Below are positions 13,206 through 26,100 of a stretch of 64,000 nucleotides of DNA, one piece after another. This stretch comes from Lytechinus pictus (Eukaryota). Under the pieces are notes generated by a model, which was not told the DNA's origin, searched no databases, and saw nothing but the letters and a program-made list of their open reading frames with translations. Each line of letters starts with the position of its first letter. The stretch's first letter is position 1. The translations under genes were made by a program, and so were the position numbers. Where the stretch lies: the NCBI RefSeq assembly GCF_037042905.1, contig NC_087245.1, positions 37,574,001-37,638,000 on the forward strand, read 5' to 3'.

Positions 13206-13432
13206 TGGATGGATATTACAATGAAAACTATTAAAACCTCTCGATATCAAAATAATAATAAAGCAGAAACCAGAATATTGTGCATGCCATGCACACGTTC
13301 CCACAATCATATAATTCGTTCCTGTATCAAATCATTTGCTTTGATCCAGCTGAGGGATGGCGGCTTGTTCAAAGCTCATTTACACCCGAATCTGTTTATC
13401 TGATGGTCAATCGGATCGGGTTTGCACCCGAA

Positions 13433-13512
13433 GCCGTCTCTATGGTCTAGTCTAGTGGTTAAGCCACCGGCGTTCCAATCTGGGGGCTCGGGTTCGATTC
13501 CCGAGTAGCGGA
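13433..13512 (+). pseudogene. Degenerate tRNA-like sequence (TCC in anticodon position); tRNA pseudogene or SINE head
   Basis: TGGTCTAG(TCTAG)TGG A box with a 5-nt duplication, perfect T arm TCGGG-TTCGATT-CCCGA, poorly paired acceptor stem. Confidence 0.5.
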
Positions 13513-13779
13513 TGAAGGGGCGGATGCAGGATTTTCCAAAGGGGGAGGGGGCATTTTTTACAGGAAAATAATTGACAATAAAAAGGGTCCTCACTTGCGT
13601 ATGCATGCATAGCTTATCCCCCCAAAATATTTTGTGCCTCTCGAAGGGGGCGGGGCGGATGTGCTCCTTGATATATCATAGGTCTGTCGGCTTCCTGATG
13701 AGGGTCATCCACATTTTTTTTTCGTGTCATCAACTTGTTTTTTATATAGCCCCATCTACGATGACGAAGAGATATTCAG

Positions 13780-13946
13780 GAAGCAAGAAACTCACTTTGC
13801 GTGCATATGTGATCTGATACACAATACAAGCCTTCCGCCTTGCCTTAGTTCCTTGTGCACTGTTATTCGTTCCAGCGAGTCAGGCTCGGGAAGTGGCCTG
13901 AAATTCACCCTTTTGTGAAGGTTGTGGATCAAACTAGAAATAAATC
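13780..13946 (+). promoter_or_regulatory. Probable Arp3 promoter and 5' UTR
   Basis: Unique, more GC/CpG-rich sequence just upstream of the ATG with ETS-like GGAAG/CTTCC motifs. The TSS cannot be placed exactly. Confidence 0.45.
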
Positions 13947-13990
13947 ATGGCTTTTAGGATGCCTGCTTGTGTAATCGATCCTGGGACAGG
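13947..13990 (+). CDS. ACTR3: Arp3 coding exon 1 ([15 protein letters not shown])
   Basis: ATG at 13947, donor GG|gtaagt, 44 nt. Confidence 0.95.
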
Positions 13991-16900
13991 GTAAGTTAAT
14001 CGTCTTCTCATAGTATTGTCGAATTATAAAATCTGATAGAAAAAGGGCAACTCCCATCTTTTCGTTTTCAAATTTCAATGATGATCATTTGATGGTCATG
14101 TTGGTAGCGATAGTAGGCCGATAACCTTGTCGGTGTTTGGTAAAAAAGTCAAGCCTCAAGAAACTCAACAAATCACACTTGCCTATATAATTTGTAAGAT
14201 AAAAATAAATGCCAAATTTTGTGTGAATCTGTGTGAGAGAAAGTAAGGCATGCCGAAAGTATCGTTCATGTCGTTTCACTTGGTTAATCTATAAACTAAG
14301 TTCTAACTTATTTGTTGACTGAAATGAAAAATCTACTGACTGTTTCGGATAGCCTGGAGAGTAACAGTCATTTTACTGACGTAGACTTACTTTCCATGGA
14401 GCCTGGGACGGACGGTATAGGCCCACACACACCGAGTATTTTGGAGACAACAATGTTGCTCCAAAATACTTGTTCTCTTTAACTTACTAATATAAAACTT
14501 ATGTAAATGGTCTACAACTTCATTTACCCCCACTAGGAAAAAATAAAATTCTTTTTACACGAAAAATTATTTTTAAAAAGAAGAAAAATCATGTAAGAAG
14601 ATGAGCTATACTCTCAGATGTTATTGTCGCCATCCTGCCGTCTTTGTTATCGTAGCCAAAGATACAGACGCGTATGAGCAGTGCCAACTTAGAAAAAAAA
14701 TACTTGCATTGGCCGATAAATATTATGGATTTTAAAATATTTGCATCGGCTAATAAATATCATAAAATCACTTTCATATTTTACAATTCATGATATTTAT
14801 CGGCCGACACAAGTATTTTTTATTATCTAAAAAACTTAATTCTGAGCATATTTTTTTGTGGGCCATCTATTGGTTATTTTTTAATTTAGACCTTTGCTTT
14901 TTAATTTTTTTTGGGGGGGGCATGGCCATTAAAGGTATAAAGGTAGCAGCTGAGTGTAAACTTACATTCTTACTCATTAAAGGAGAAGTTCACCGTGACA
15001 GTATGTTTATTGTAAAAATATATTATATTGCTGAATGTTTGAGGAATATCCATCAAAGAATAAAGTTATTAGAATTATAATCATTTGATATGTGACGTCA
15101 TGTATGCAAGCAGCTTCCCTACATATCGAATGGTTATAAAAATCAATGAAATGTCATTTACTCAGAAACTTGAAAATGGTTTTTATTGTACCTTCATTAT
15201 ATCAATACACAAATGATTTCACACCCAGTCCTAAAAAGAAAGAAAAATGTCATCACGAACCATTAAAAGAACAAAATTCATGTATTTTATATTACATAGC
15301 ATAGATGGGGTAGCTCCTTGTTTATGACGTGACAAATCAAATACCTGAAATTCCAATAACTTTCCTAATCTTCAATGGATTTTCTTCAAACCTTCAATAT
15401 TTTATCAGGGTGAACTTCCCCTTTAAACATCACCAAGACTTTTGAAACCAACTCCAATACTTTTCTTGGGATAGACATATACATGCATGCCAACCATTCC
15501 CTATTCAGAGTATTTGTTCCTCTTTCTTTGCTATGAATACACCAATACTTTTTTGTATGATTTGTTACTTTAAAAAAAATTTCCAATCATGAAGCATGTA
15601 TTATACACAGGGCGTGACACTAGCGCCGGTCCGACAGTCCCAGACTGGTAAAAATCACTGTCGGGCCAGTAACTTGTTGCATGAAAAGAACAAGTAAATT
15701 CTTGCCTACGAGCACATGTTTACAAGGGTGAATTATCAAGTTTTCAAGTAGTCATTCACATGTTTTTTCACCGATCTCACTACAATAGGATGGTGATAGA
15801 ACATACATTGAGACAAATTTTTAAAAAGACTTTTTTTTCCAAAAATTACTTTTTTTCCTTCTTGGTTCATAGAAGGTTGGCAGGTCTGCATATATATTGG
15901 TAATAGAATAAGCATGTTGGCTGGGTAAAAAGTATTAATATTATCCAGGCATTTTATGCCAATGAATTAATTTATGGAATTATAAATGAACTTGTTAAAA
16001 CTTTTTCTTTCTTTTTCAGATACACAAAGTTAGGATATGCTGGGAACACAGAACCTCAGTATATATTCCCATCAGGTGAGTCAAAAAAAAAAAATCAGAT
16101 TCTGGATTAATACAAATATTATTTCTTAGTTAAGAATTCATATTCAATTCAATATATTCTAACATCAATAAATCTCTTTAGAAGAAATGAATTGATAATG
16201 AAATTTTGTTTTCTCTGGGAATATCTGTTGTATTGCGAGCATTTTTTGCTCATATTAATAAGAAAAATAGTTATATCCTCGCTTAACGAAGTTTGAAGGG
16301 GGTATATACATGTAGGAATCGGTGTACAGTCGGTCAGTTGCAATCTTGGGCATCAAACCATTTTCTCAGTTTTCAACCAATTGGTCATTGGGTAAAGATG
16401 TGCAAGACACATACGTGTTGAAAATTGCATTGCCATTGTAACAACAAATTATATGTCTAAAATTAGGTACAAATTTTCCGGTTCAAATTATTTCATCAGT
16501 TTTTAACCAATTCTCATGATAGCTCAGACATTGGTCTTGTGGTTAAAATAGGCAAGACATATTTTTCCTATTTGTTGGAAATTTTTGCCTTGGTAACGAC
16601 GTGTGGCGGGGGTATTAATCACCTTCAGTGGTAGTTCTAGTTATAATATTTGGTTACTTACTGTTTTTTTTTTAAACTATATTAAAAGTCTTTAAATACT
16701 ATACAATAATGGAGTTCTGCCTTTAGCAGAGCAGCTTTCACGCACACTGCATTTTAAGGAATAAAATTCCTGCCAGGTACCATTTACCTCACCTGGGTTG
16801 AGTGCAGCATGAAATGGATGAATATCTTACTGAAGGAAATGGACACATGGAGTAGGATTGGACTCATGACCCTCTGATTAAACAAACATGGGTCAGAACC

Positions 16901-19900
16901 AAAGACCTTATAATATATTACTAGACCGAAAGCTGCGTGCGCGTTCAGCACAAAACAAATGAGATTAGGCTCCGCCTACCGCGATCATTTGAAGACAAAA
17001 ATAAGCCCTCATTGACATTCATGAGCATGAAGATATTCATAATCCGGCCTTTTCATTGGCTAAGAGCGTCATTAATACGCGATTTCCCCGATTCTTTGTC
17101 ATCGATACTAGTGGTATCGTGTTACAGAAATAATTATTCATTTGACCTCATTACGTCATCTAATTTATTCATTCTGAAACTTTTCTTTCCACACACAAAA
17201 TGGACCTACGAACACTCCGGTGAGTACGTATAAATTGATATAACCACATTAATTCAGTGGACTATTTACACATTTCACACTGTATTTTGTGATCTTAGGT
17301 TATTTCTTTAACAAATTAGAGAGTTTGCTATCATTCTTCTGTTAAAGGAAAGCAGAATTTGGTCTTTGAAATTGAAGTTAGATTGTCATCGTCGCCCAGT
17401 GCAGCCTGTATGTTGCTTGCAGTGTATTTTGTACGGGCTCCTAGCCGGCTGAGAATCGAGAGATAATCGGGCTGGTTTGGTTCACCTCAAACAAGGACCA
17501 ACCCACGATTGATTAAAACAAGAAGAATGAGGCTTCTTTTTGTACACTGTAACGTTAGATCTACAGGGAGATTTGCATCTATCTTCAGTAGATCGAGACT
17601 CAGTCAGGAATAAACTGTGAAGCGGAGTGTGGATGAAAATACGCCTGTCATTGTGTCAGGCCTCACTTTGTTTCAGATATCAAATTTATTTTGCATAAGT
17701 CATAACTTCAGGCTTATGCATTTAGCCCCCACCATTTTAACTAGTCTTATTGTTAATGTTATTCATAAATATATAGACTCGGTCTTAGAAATAACATGCT
17801 GCTCTGCATGTTTGTCTTATTATCAATACATCTATGACCTAAATCTTCTTAATCCTAGGCCCTACTTACTTTATACTAGTTAGATCTAGGCTACCGTACC
17901 GTACTTTACTTTTATTTATTCATTGATGCTATCAAGAGCTAGGCCTACCTAATTAAAATCTAGTCTAACTTATACTTTCCCAACCCTCGATACTTACCCC
18001 CAGGGCTTCTGATCTAGGACTAGGTCTGTAATTTAGGCCTAGATCTAGGTCTGGGCCTAAACGACTCCATTTACATGTACGAGTATGACTGTCAGTGGAC
18101 CAAGGAGTCGGACTAGATCTAGATCTACTCTCGGTCAATAATGGCAATGAAGTCTTAGCCAGGAATAAAAGTCAAAGTCAGACATCAAAAATTTCTAAAC
18201 CGATATAGGGTTTAGAACCGAAGCTTTACTTTCTTGGTCTAGATAGATCGAGAGTCCATCGTTAGTCTAGATCTAGACCTAATTTAGATACATGAACGAG
18301 ACTCAATGCTGTGCGACAGCATTGAGTCCCGTTGGACTAGATCTATACTTTCTTACAAATAGATCTAGACCTAGTGCATGAGATTATGAAATTATGTTAA
18401 AATCTAATGAAATAAGATTCGGAAATAAAAAGATCCAGATTTTTTTTTTTTTGGGGGGGGGGCAGACATGTGAAAAAATTTAGAGAAACCTAAAATTCAG
18501 AAAGCGAGGGCCAGAAGCGACCAATATTACCTAGGGCCGTTAAATGCATTTTCTAAAGTAAAATTGAAGGATGTCATGCAATTCTCTTTTTGATGAAGGT
18601 TTTCACATTTCAGCTCTTACCCAAACCCCTCCCCCTATACGGCCATGAAAAAGATCACTTCTTATTATTGTTCTCTCCTTTCACAAACAGGTTGAGTTTG
18701 AAGAACAAGAAAAACAGTAGAGGTCTACCTATATGGTTCAAGATGATGATCATAAGTGCATGCATCATTTTGCAGATTCTCATCCAGGTATAAAACTTAA
18801 ACTAACCCATACAAAATTACAGATACATTACATGCATTGAATGTTAACCATGTTTACATTAAATAAAAATAATCTGAGCCACAAAGAGGTAGGATCTGTA
18901 ATGAATGTACACTTCTTAAATATACAGGCTCTCGAGTCTAAAATAGAACCAATGCCAAAAGTTATGTACCTTGGGCAAATTTATAAAATAAGGTCATGTC
19001 CTTGATCTACTAGTAATTAAATGGCCTTTTTATTTCCTATTTGTTTATAAACAAAGCAATATTTATTTTTCATATTTTACCAAATTCATTTTATGCATTC
19101 TTTAGTGTGATATTCATATTTCATATTTGTAGATTAACATTTTTTTTAAATCTTGTTATTTTACATTTGGGTAATAGGATGATGCAGTTTTACAATTTCC
19201 ATGGAGGTGATTGATGATGATAAATAATTGGTGAAGTAGGCCTAATAGAACAGCGACTAGACCACAAAGAGAAATACAACCTACAGCAGTTATATGAGTG
19301 AGTTAATTAGTGAATATTTTTAATAATGGAGGTTGTTCACATTTTTTTGGCAACAAATAGACCTGCCTTTGAAAAACCCATTTCAATTTTGTTTTTAGAT
19401 TATAGTAAGTGTCGTTTTTAATCACAGATCAAAATATTCTGTGCAAAAAACATATCAACTTTAATTCTGACTATTTATATAATTTACATATGTTGATTCA
19501 TATTCATATTTATGAGAAATCTCTGGCATTTTTTCATAGAGTACATGGAGTGATAATGGAGAGTGGTATGTAAACTGCATAGAACAGGTTTAAGTGATAT
19601 GCTTTATAGAAGTACAAGTTTATAATTAGTAGAAGTAAGATTTCCTGTTATGTGTTGAAGAAACATATATATGTATAGTCTCACTTTTCTTAAAACATTT
19701 AAGTTTCATAAATCACGACAATTTTAATTTAAATTCATTGATTTTCTTTCTCTATTTTTTCAATCTGCAGGCCAGGTGTAACAGATGTTTTCATTCAAGA
19801 AATCCAACAATTCAACATTGAAGCGTCTGACTTAGGAACCACTTGATGAAGATGGAAAAGGTTTTTTTTTCCAAGTCCAATTTTTCACAAAAAAATAATT

Positions 19901-20168
19901 ATCACAACCCCAAATTCATGACGTATGAAATTTCTTGTTGATTTTCATTAAAACTGGTTGCAAAAGGAGAAGCTATAAACATACAAATAGGAGCGGCGGA
20001 GTGAAGTTGAAAGTGGGGGGGGGGGGGCATAGGGAAAATGCTGTATTACATGAAATTTTTAAGAAGTTGCGAGCGAGCAAAATTTTGACATTTTTAAAAA
20101 GAAAATCTAAAATATTCAGAATGATATATTTCACCCTTTTCTTTCCTTTTCTCTTTTTTTCTTGGTCG

Positions 20169-20199
<31 letters not shown>

Positions 20200-23100
20200 G
20201 GGGGGGGGGGGGGGGCAAGAGTCCTTCAAGCCCCCCTCCATCTGTACGAAAATGCTTATATACCCCACTCATGAATTATTAAACTTAATGCACAAAGGAT
20301 TTCCTTCATAAGTATATTATCGAAATGAGAATATTGTTTTCTTGTTTCAAAGGGCAATCGTCATGGTGACCATAAAACGGGTCCTTCTCGGGTGAAAGGG
20401 GCACAGAACAAGTTCTTTAGGAGCACTTTTCTTGGGTAAAAGGGGGCAGTGATTCGAGAAAGGGCACTTACAAGAAGGCAAGGGGGCACTCTTTAACACA
20501 TGAAACGGGCCCTCAGATGAAAGGGCACAGAACACGTTCCGGGGGGGGGGGGCATTTTTGGGTAAAAAAATTGCATACAAGGAAGAGCACTTGGTAACAC
20601 CTAAAACAGGTTCTCGTCAGGTGAAAGGGACACAGTACACGTTCGTGAGGGGGCATTTTTCTTGCATAAAAAGGCACTTTTCTTGCATAAAAAGGCACTT
20701 TTCAGTGCTTCAAGAAGTAGGGGGAACTGTGCCCCCCCCCCCCCCTCCCCAGGATCGCTGCCCCAGCATACAAAAAAATTATTTTGGTTCAAAGTATTAA
20801 CATACGCTTAAGAAAAAGGTAAAGCTTAATCCTCTGATAATGTGATATTTTTTTATGGCTAATTAATAAAATTCACCACTAACCAGAGAATTCCTTTATG
20901 TCTTTCATTTGTGTTCATATAGTATTTGTACAGAGCTAAAATGAAAGGGATTTGGAATTGGCAAAATTGAAAATGAGATGAAGATCGAGAGAGGGAAAGA
21001 GTGATGAGAAGTGGGTTGAAAAGAGATGAGAAAGAAATGGAGGGGCACATATGAAAAGATAATTTAGAGGGGGTGGTAAGAGAGCTAGAATGTGGGAAGT
21101 AGGAACAAAAGGGGTGGAGGAGAAATAAGACGAGATTTATGGAAACCAGGAGACAGATAACAAGTGGGAAAAGAAGAAGGAAATATATGAAGAGTTTAGT
21201 TGCAAAAGGGGTTAGGACCATTCCGAGAAAAACCAAGTTTTTATTCTCACTTATTGCAATATTCTTATGAGAAACTAAATTGTCATGATGTACAACTCTA
21301 TCATGTGAACAGTGAACATAAAATTGGGTATAAAAGAAATTTACCTGTCTTCAATTTGTTCTATATACTTAAAAAAAATATATCATTGTGTACCTAACCC
21401 CTTTTGCAAGTAAATTGAAGTGAATCCACTTCCATTCACGTTTTCATTTGAATTTCAAATTTCCTTTGGTATCATCAGAGTGACTGAAAATTTAGAGGTT
21501 TAGAGACAGAAAACAATAAAATATATGAAAAATGGACCTAACCCCTTTGACAAATGAGTTCTAACAGAAGAGTTTCTGTTGCAAAAGGGGTTAGGTCCAC
21601 TCCCAGAAAATAATTTTTTTTTAATTCTCCCACATTGCAATATTCTTATGCGAAACTGAATTTTCATGATACCCTACCATGAGAACATAAAATTGGGTAT
21701 AAAAGAAATCTACTTGTCTTCATATTTTTGTAGATATTATTTTCCAAAAAAGTCTGTGTGGACCTAACCCCTTTTGCAACTAAACTGAAATGGACCTAAC
21801 CCCTTTTGAAAAAAAGGTGATTTTCTTTGCCATATTAGTTCAATTTCACTTTTTAATAGGAATTTCAACTTTTCTATGGTATCATCTTATATATAGCTAC
21901 TAAAAATCTATACATTAAGACATAAAAATCAAGTTTGATGAAAAATGGACCTAACCCCTTTTGAAAATGTGCTCTACATATGTAGGAGAAAGGCGGCACA
22001 AAAGAATTTTGAGTGGGAAAATGATTAAATGAAAAAAAAAAACAGAGTAAGAAATGCTGGAGAATAAAGGGGACAGGAAACGTATTAAACATGATAAACT
22101 GGGGCCCGTTTCATCATGAGTTACATGTATGGTAACTACGATGGTATAACCAACCAATCATAATCAAGGTTACCACGGTAATCACAATAATTGCAATGTT
22201 TTTAAATAGCTGTAATTCATTATGAAACGGACGCCAGATGAAGAAAGAACGCACGGGGATCCATGAAGATTTTTTTTTTTGCTTCTCGAAATTTGTTTCT
22301 AAACAAGAAATGTACTCTTTAAGTGGTGACAGTTATTTTTTTCAGTAACCATATAGTCTCAACCATGCAGTGAAAATTACCATCAAATTTTAATAACCAT
22401 GTTTTGCCCCCACCCCCGCCCCCCCCCCCAAAAAAAACTTTTAGGTCAGTACAACAGCCCCTTTGATCTTTCCGCGGCCTCTGCCGGCTATAATTTAGAG
22501 TTGAGATTTTTTACATTTGTTAAAAACTAAGATTGCTGTATATCTTAACATGTGACAATTTAGGGATGGCAAAAGCACTAGAGACCTCTTTACCTAATCA
22601 CGACTTGATCTATTCTTTTCATCTTCCCTTTTGGAATTGGCAAAGGCCTATAAGACGCAATACAAACAATGCTTTGTTTTTAAGTGATATCGATTGTGAT
22701 ATCGATACTTTATAGAGCGCAACGTATCGTCTCAGATTTGCGCTTGCTTGATTCGCTGAATCCTTCGCGTCACGAGCGCGTAACAAAATGAATACATTAA
22801 TGAATTTGCCAAGTTGACCTTTGTCATTGCGCTGATGTGCGTATTGTCTAATACACGTACAAAACCACAGTTGACGAGGGAGCATCGTACGAAATTAATA
22901 TTAATGAGGGCTTATTTTAGCTTCTAATGGATTAAACAAAATGGCGGTAGCTTCGGGGGCTTGGTCAGAACAAACCATTACACCATGCTCCCTCCATTCT
23001 TTTTTCATAAATAGAAAAAAGAATGTCCATGAAGTGAAAAAAGAAGACCGAAAAAGAAGGGAAATAAGGAAGAAAGAAGACAACAAACATTGACAGTAAA

Positions 23101-26100
23101 GCATTATGATAGGTATCCCCATGGCTATCCCAATATATAATCTACAGCATCACTACTACTACTACTTTTGTTTAGAAGTCACCTACTTAATATCTGTGAT
23201 GGAAGAAAGATAGAGAGAGTGGTCAATTATTTATCCTTTAAAAAATGGCTAGTGATTTGATGCTGTGGAATGTCAGGCATTTTCCTTTTAATTTTCTTTG
23301 AAATTCCATAATTTATTCTTTTGGAATGTGCATATTAATGCAGACTACTCTCCATTGAATAACTGTGCTGACAACCTTGACATCATTACCTGTTTTGATG
23401 AAGAAAAAAAATGATGATTATCTATTTGTCTTTGTATTGATCAGCCATTGCAATCAAGGAATCGGCTAAGATAGGCGACCAAGCATCTCGGAGGCTAGGG
23501 AGAGGCGTTGAGGATCTGGATTTCTTCATTGGAGATGAGGCCATTGATAAACCAAACTATGCTACCAAGGTTGGTGTTACAGAGTGTAAAGATCGGAGTC
23601 GAATGTCTGTGTTGGTGCTAAGCATTTGACTCTGGCTGATGAACCTAGCTCCAACACCAGAAGTTGGTGTTAGAGGGTGTAAAGATTGGCATTGAATGTT
23701 GGTGTTGGTAAGAGTTTGACTCTGTCTGCTGAATCTAGCTCCAACACCAAAAGTTGGTGTTAGAGGGTGTAAAGATTGGTGTTGAATGTTGGTTAGTGTT
23801 AAGAGTTTGACTCTGATTGCTGGTGATAAATTATAATGGCAATGATATCTTGTTTTAATGCAATATATTGCACACATGTATATATTAAATTATATTATAA
23901 AAATGATTTATTTCACATTTTCAATGAGCTTTAAAATACATAATTTGAGATAATTTGAAGGCTTGATTGTGCAAAGTATTTATTTTCCGCCATGGTCTTT
24001 TCCCGTATAGTATCCTGTCCGCCATGGAATCGTTGAAGACTGGGATCTGATGGAAAGGTTTTTAGAACAAAGTATTTTCAAATACCTGAGGGCGGAGCCA
24101 GAAGACCATTACTTCTTACTTGTAAGTTTCACTTATGTGTTATTCTCTATTCTTGTACATGTACTATGTCTTGCATGAATGATTATATTCCAGTAAAATC
24201 AAATATTTAGATGGGGCTCAATACTGCAATAATGTAGGATATCGATATACATGGAACATATAGGACCAGCCACCTCAAAACCAACAGTATTTTGCCAGAG
24301 AAAATAATAATTTTGTCTTCAGAAGTAAAAATTTAAAAATTAGTTTAACTGAAAAGAGTAATTCTTCATTCTGGCAAAATTTGAAGTTTTGAGGTGGAAT
24401 AAAAGAGTTTATTTGCCACCCATTCTGTTAGATTTAGAATAGTTTCCATAGGAATAGTTACTGCATGCTCACTTGTCCTACCGATGCAGGAGCAATCCTG
24501 TGTATCATTTGTTTTATAGAATGGTGGAAATTTTGGGCTAAAAATCAATTTTTTACAACCATGCATAAGTAATTACTGAAGTATGGCAAATTCGTCGGTA
24601 ATTACTTACTTATGCATGATACCCATTCTATAATGAAATATGAATTCTGTACCATAAATAATGACAAGAATGCTTATATCCAGCTTATATCTAACTCATC
24701 CAACTTATTAAACAGATAAAATTATCCAATGGAAACTAGTTATATGGTTATCATCTTGCTAAATTGCAACATTTTTTTTTAGATAAATATGATAACCTGT
24801 ACAGTCTTCAGCACACGGATGATTATGTCGAAACAAATCAATTTATTTCGAAGTAGTATCAATGATTTTTAAAATAAAGATCAAGCTATTTGTTGTATCT
24901 CATCAACAGACGGAACCTCCCCTAAACACGCCGGAAAACAGAGAGTACTTAGCCGAGATCATGTTTGAATCTTTCAATGTTCAGGGACTCTACATTGCAG
25001 TACAAGTAAGTTGAATCAACCAAATTCTTCACTATACCCCGCCGCCATTTAATCCACCATTCCAAGTGAATGTATGGTAAAGTTTCTTGTTTTTTATTGT
25101 TGTTATTCACTATTGTCCGGTCTAATTTAAATGAAATAAATGCTATTATGAATTTATAACTGTGAAAAGAATTATTGGACATGAGCAGGATTCGAACCTG
25201 TGTCATTAAATCCACTAGTCCAAGACAAAGTGAATGTTTGGTCAAGTTTCTTGTTTTTTTTAATTGTCAAAATTCACCATTGTCCGTTCTGATTTCAATG
25301 AAATAAATGCTATTGTTATGAATTTATAACTGAAAAGAATTATTGAACATGAGCAGGATTTGAACTTGTGTTATTAAATCCACCAGTCCAGGGGAATGTT
25401 AAGTCACATTTCATGGTTTTTTTTTTAAATCGCATTTAAAATTGATATCATGAGAAAGTCTGTAAAGCAAGGTTTTCATAGGAGATCTTGATCTGAACTG
25501 AAATCTGTGAAAAAAAAATCTAAGTTGAAAATGGATCACACTGAAGATCACCAACACAGATAAGCACATGTGGGACAGTGTATTATTATTCCTCAGAAAA
25601 AAAACACCCTGACATCTGACTGTAACGTCATGCTTATTTTGCTTATTTCCAAACAATTACACATTTCCTTCAGTAATATCTGTTATTCATACATACAAAC
25701 ACTTGGGTGGTCATTTTATTGGATTCTATACAAACTTATTTTGAATTCATTACCACAACTTTCATTTGTCTTCGACTGCATTTATCGTTATTGTTTTTTT
25801 TTTGTTTTTTTAGGCTGTGTTAGCCTTAGCGGCATCCTGGACGTCCAAGCAGCAAGGAGAACGTTCTCTGACCGGTGTGGTAGTGGACAGTGGAGACGGT
25901 GTTACTCATGTTATACCCGTGGTAAATATAGTAGAATAAGAATATGGATTGTTATGAATTGAAAGCTTGAATTACACATTGCACAGCTGTAGGTAATAAT
26001 AATAATATGGACTGGTGTTAATTATCAGGAGATAGTACATAAATAAAGACTAGAAATTATCAAGTATTAACTTCTAGTAGGAGAAAAGAATCTCATTGGA

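Noticed and set aside
19200..19475. C/D-box snoRNA in the nested unit intron (ATGATGA ... CTGA)
   Set aside because: Boxes too far apart, no terminal stem and no recognisable rRNA guide
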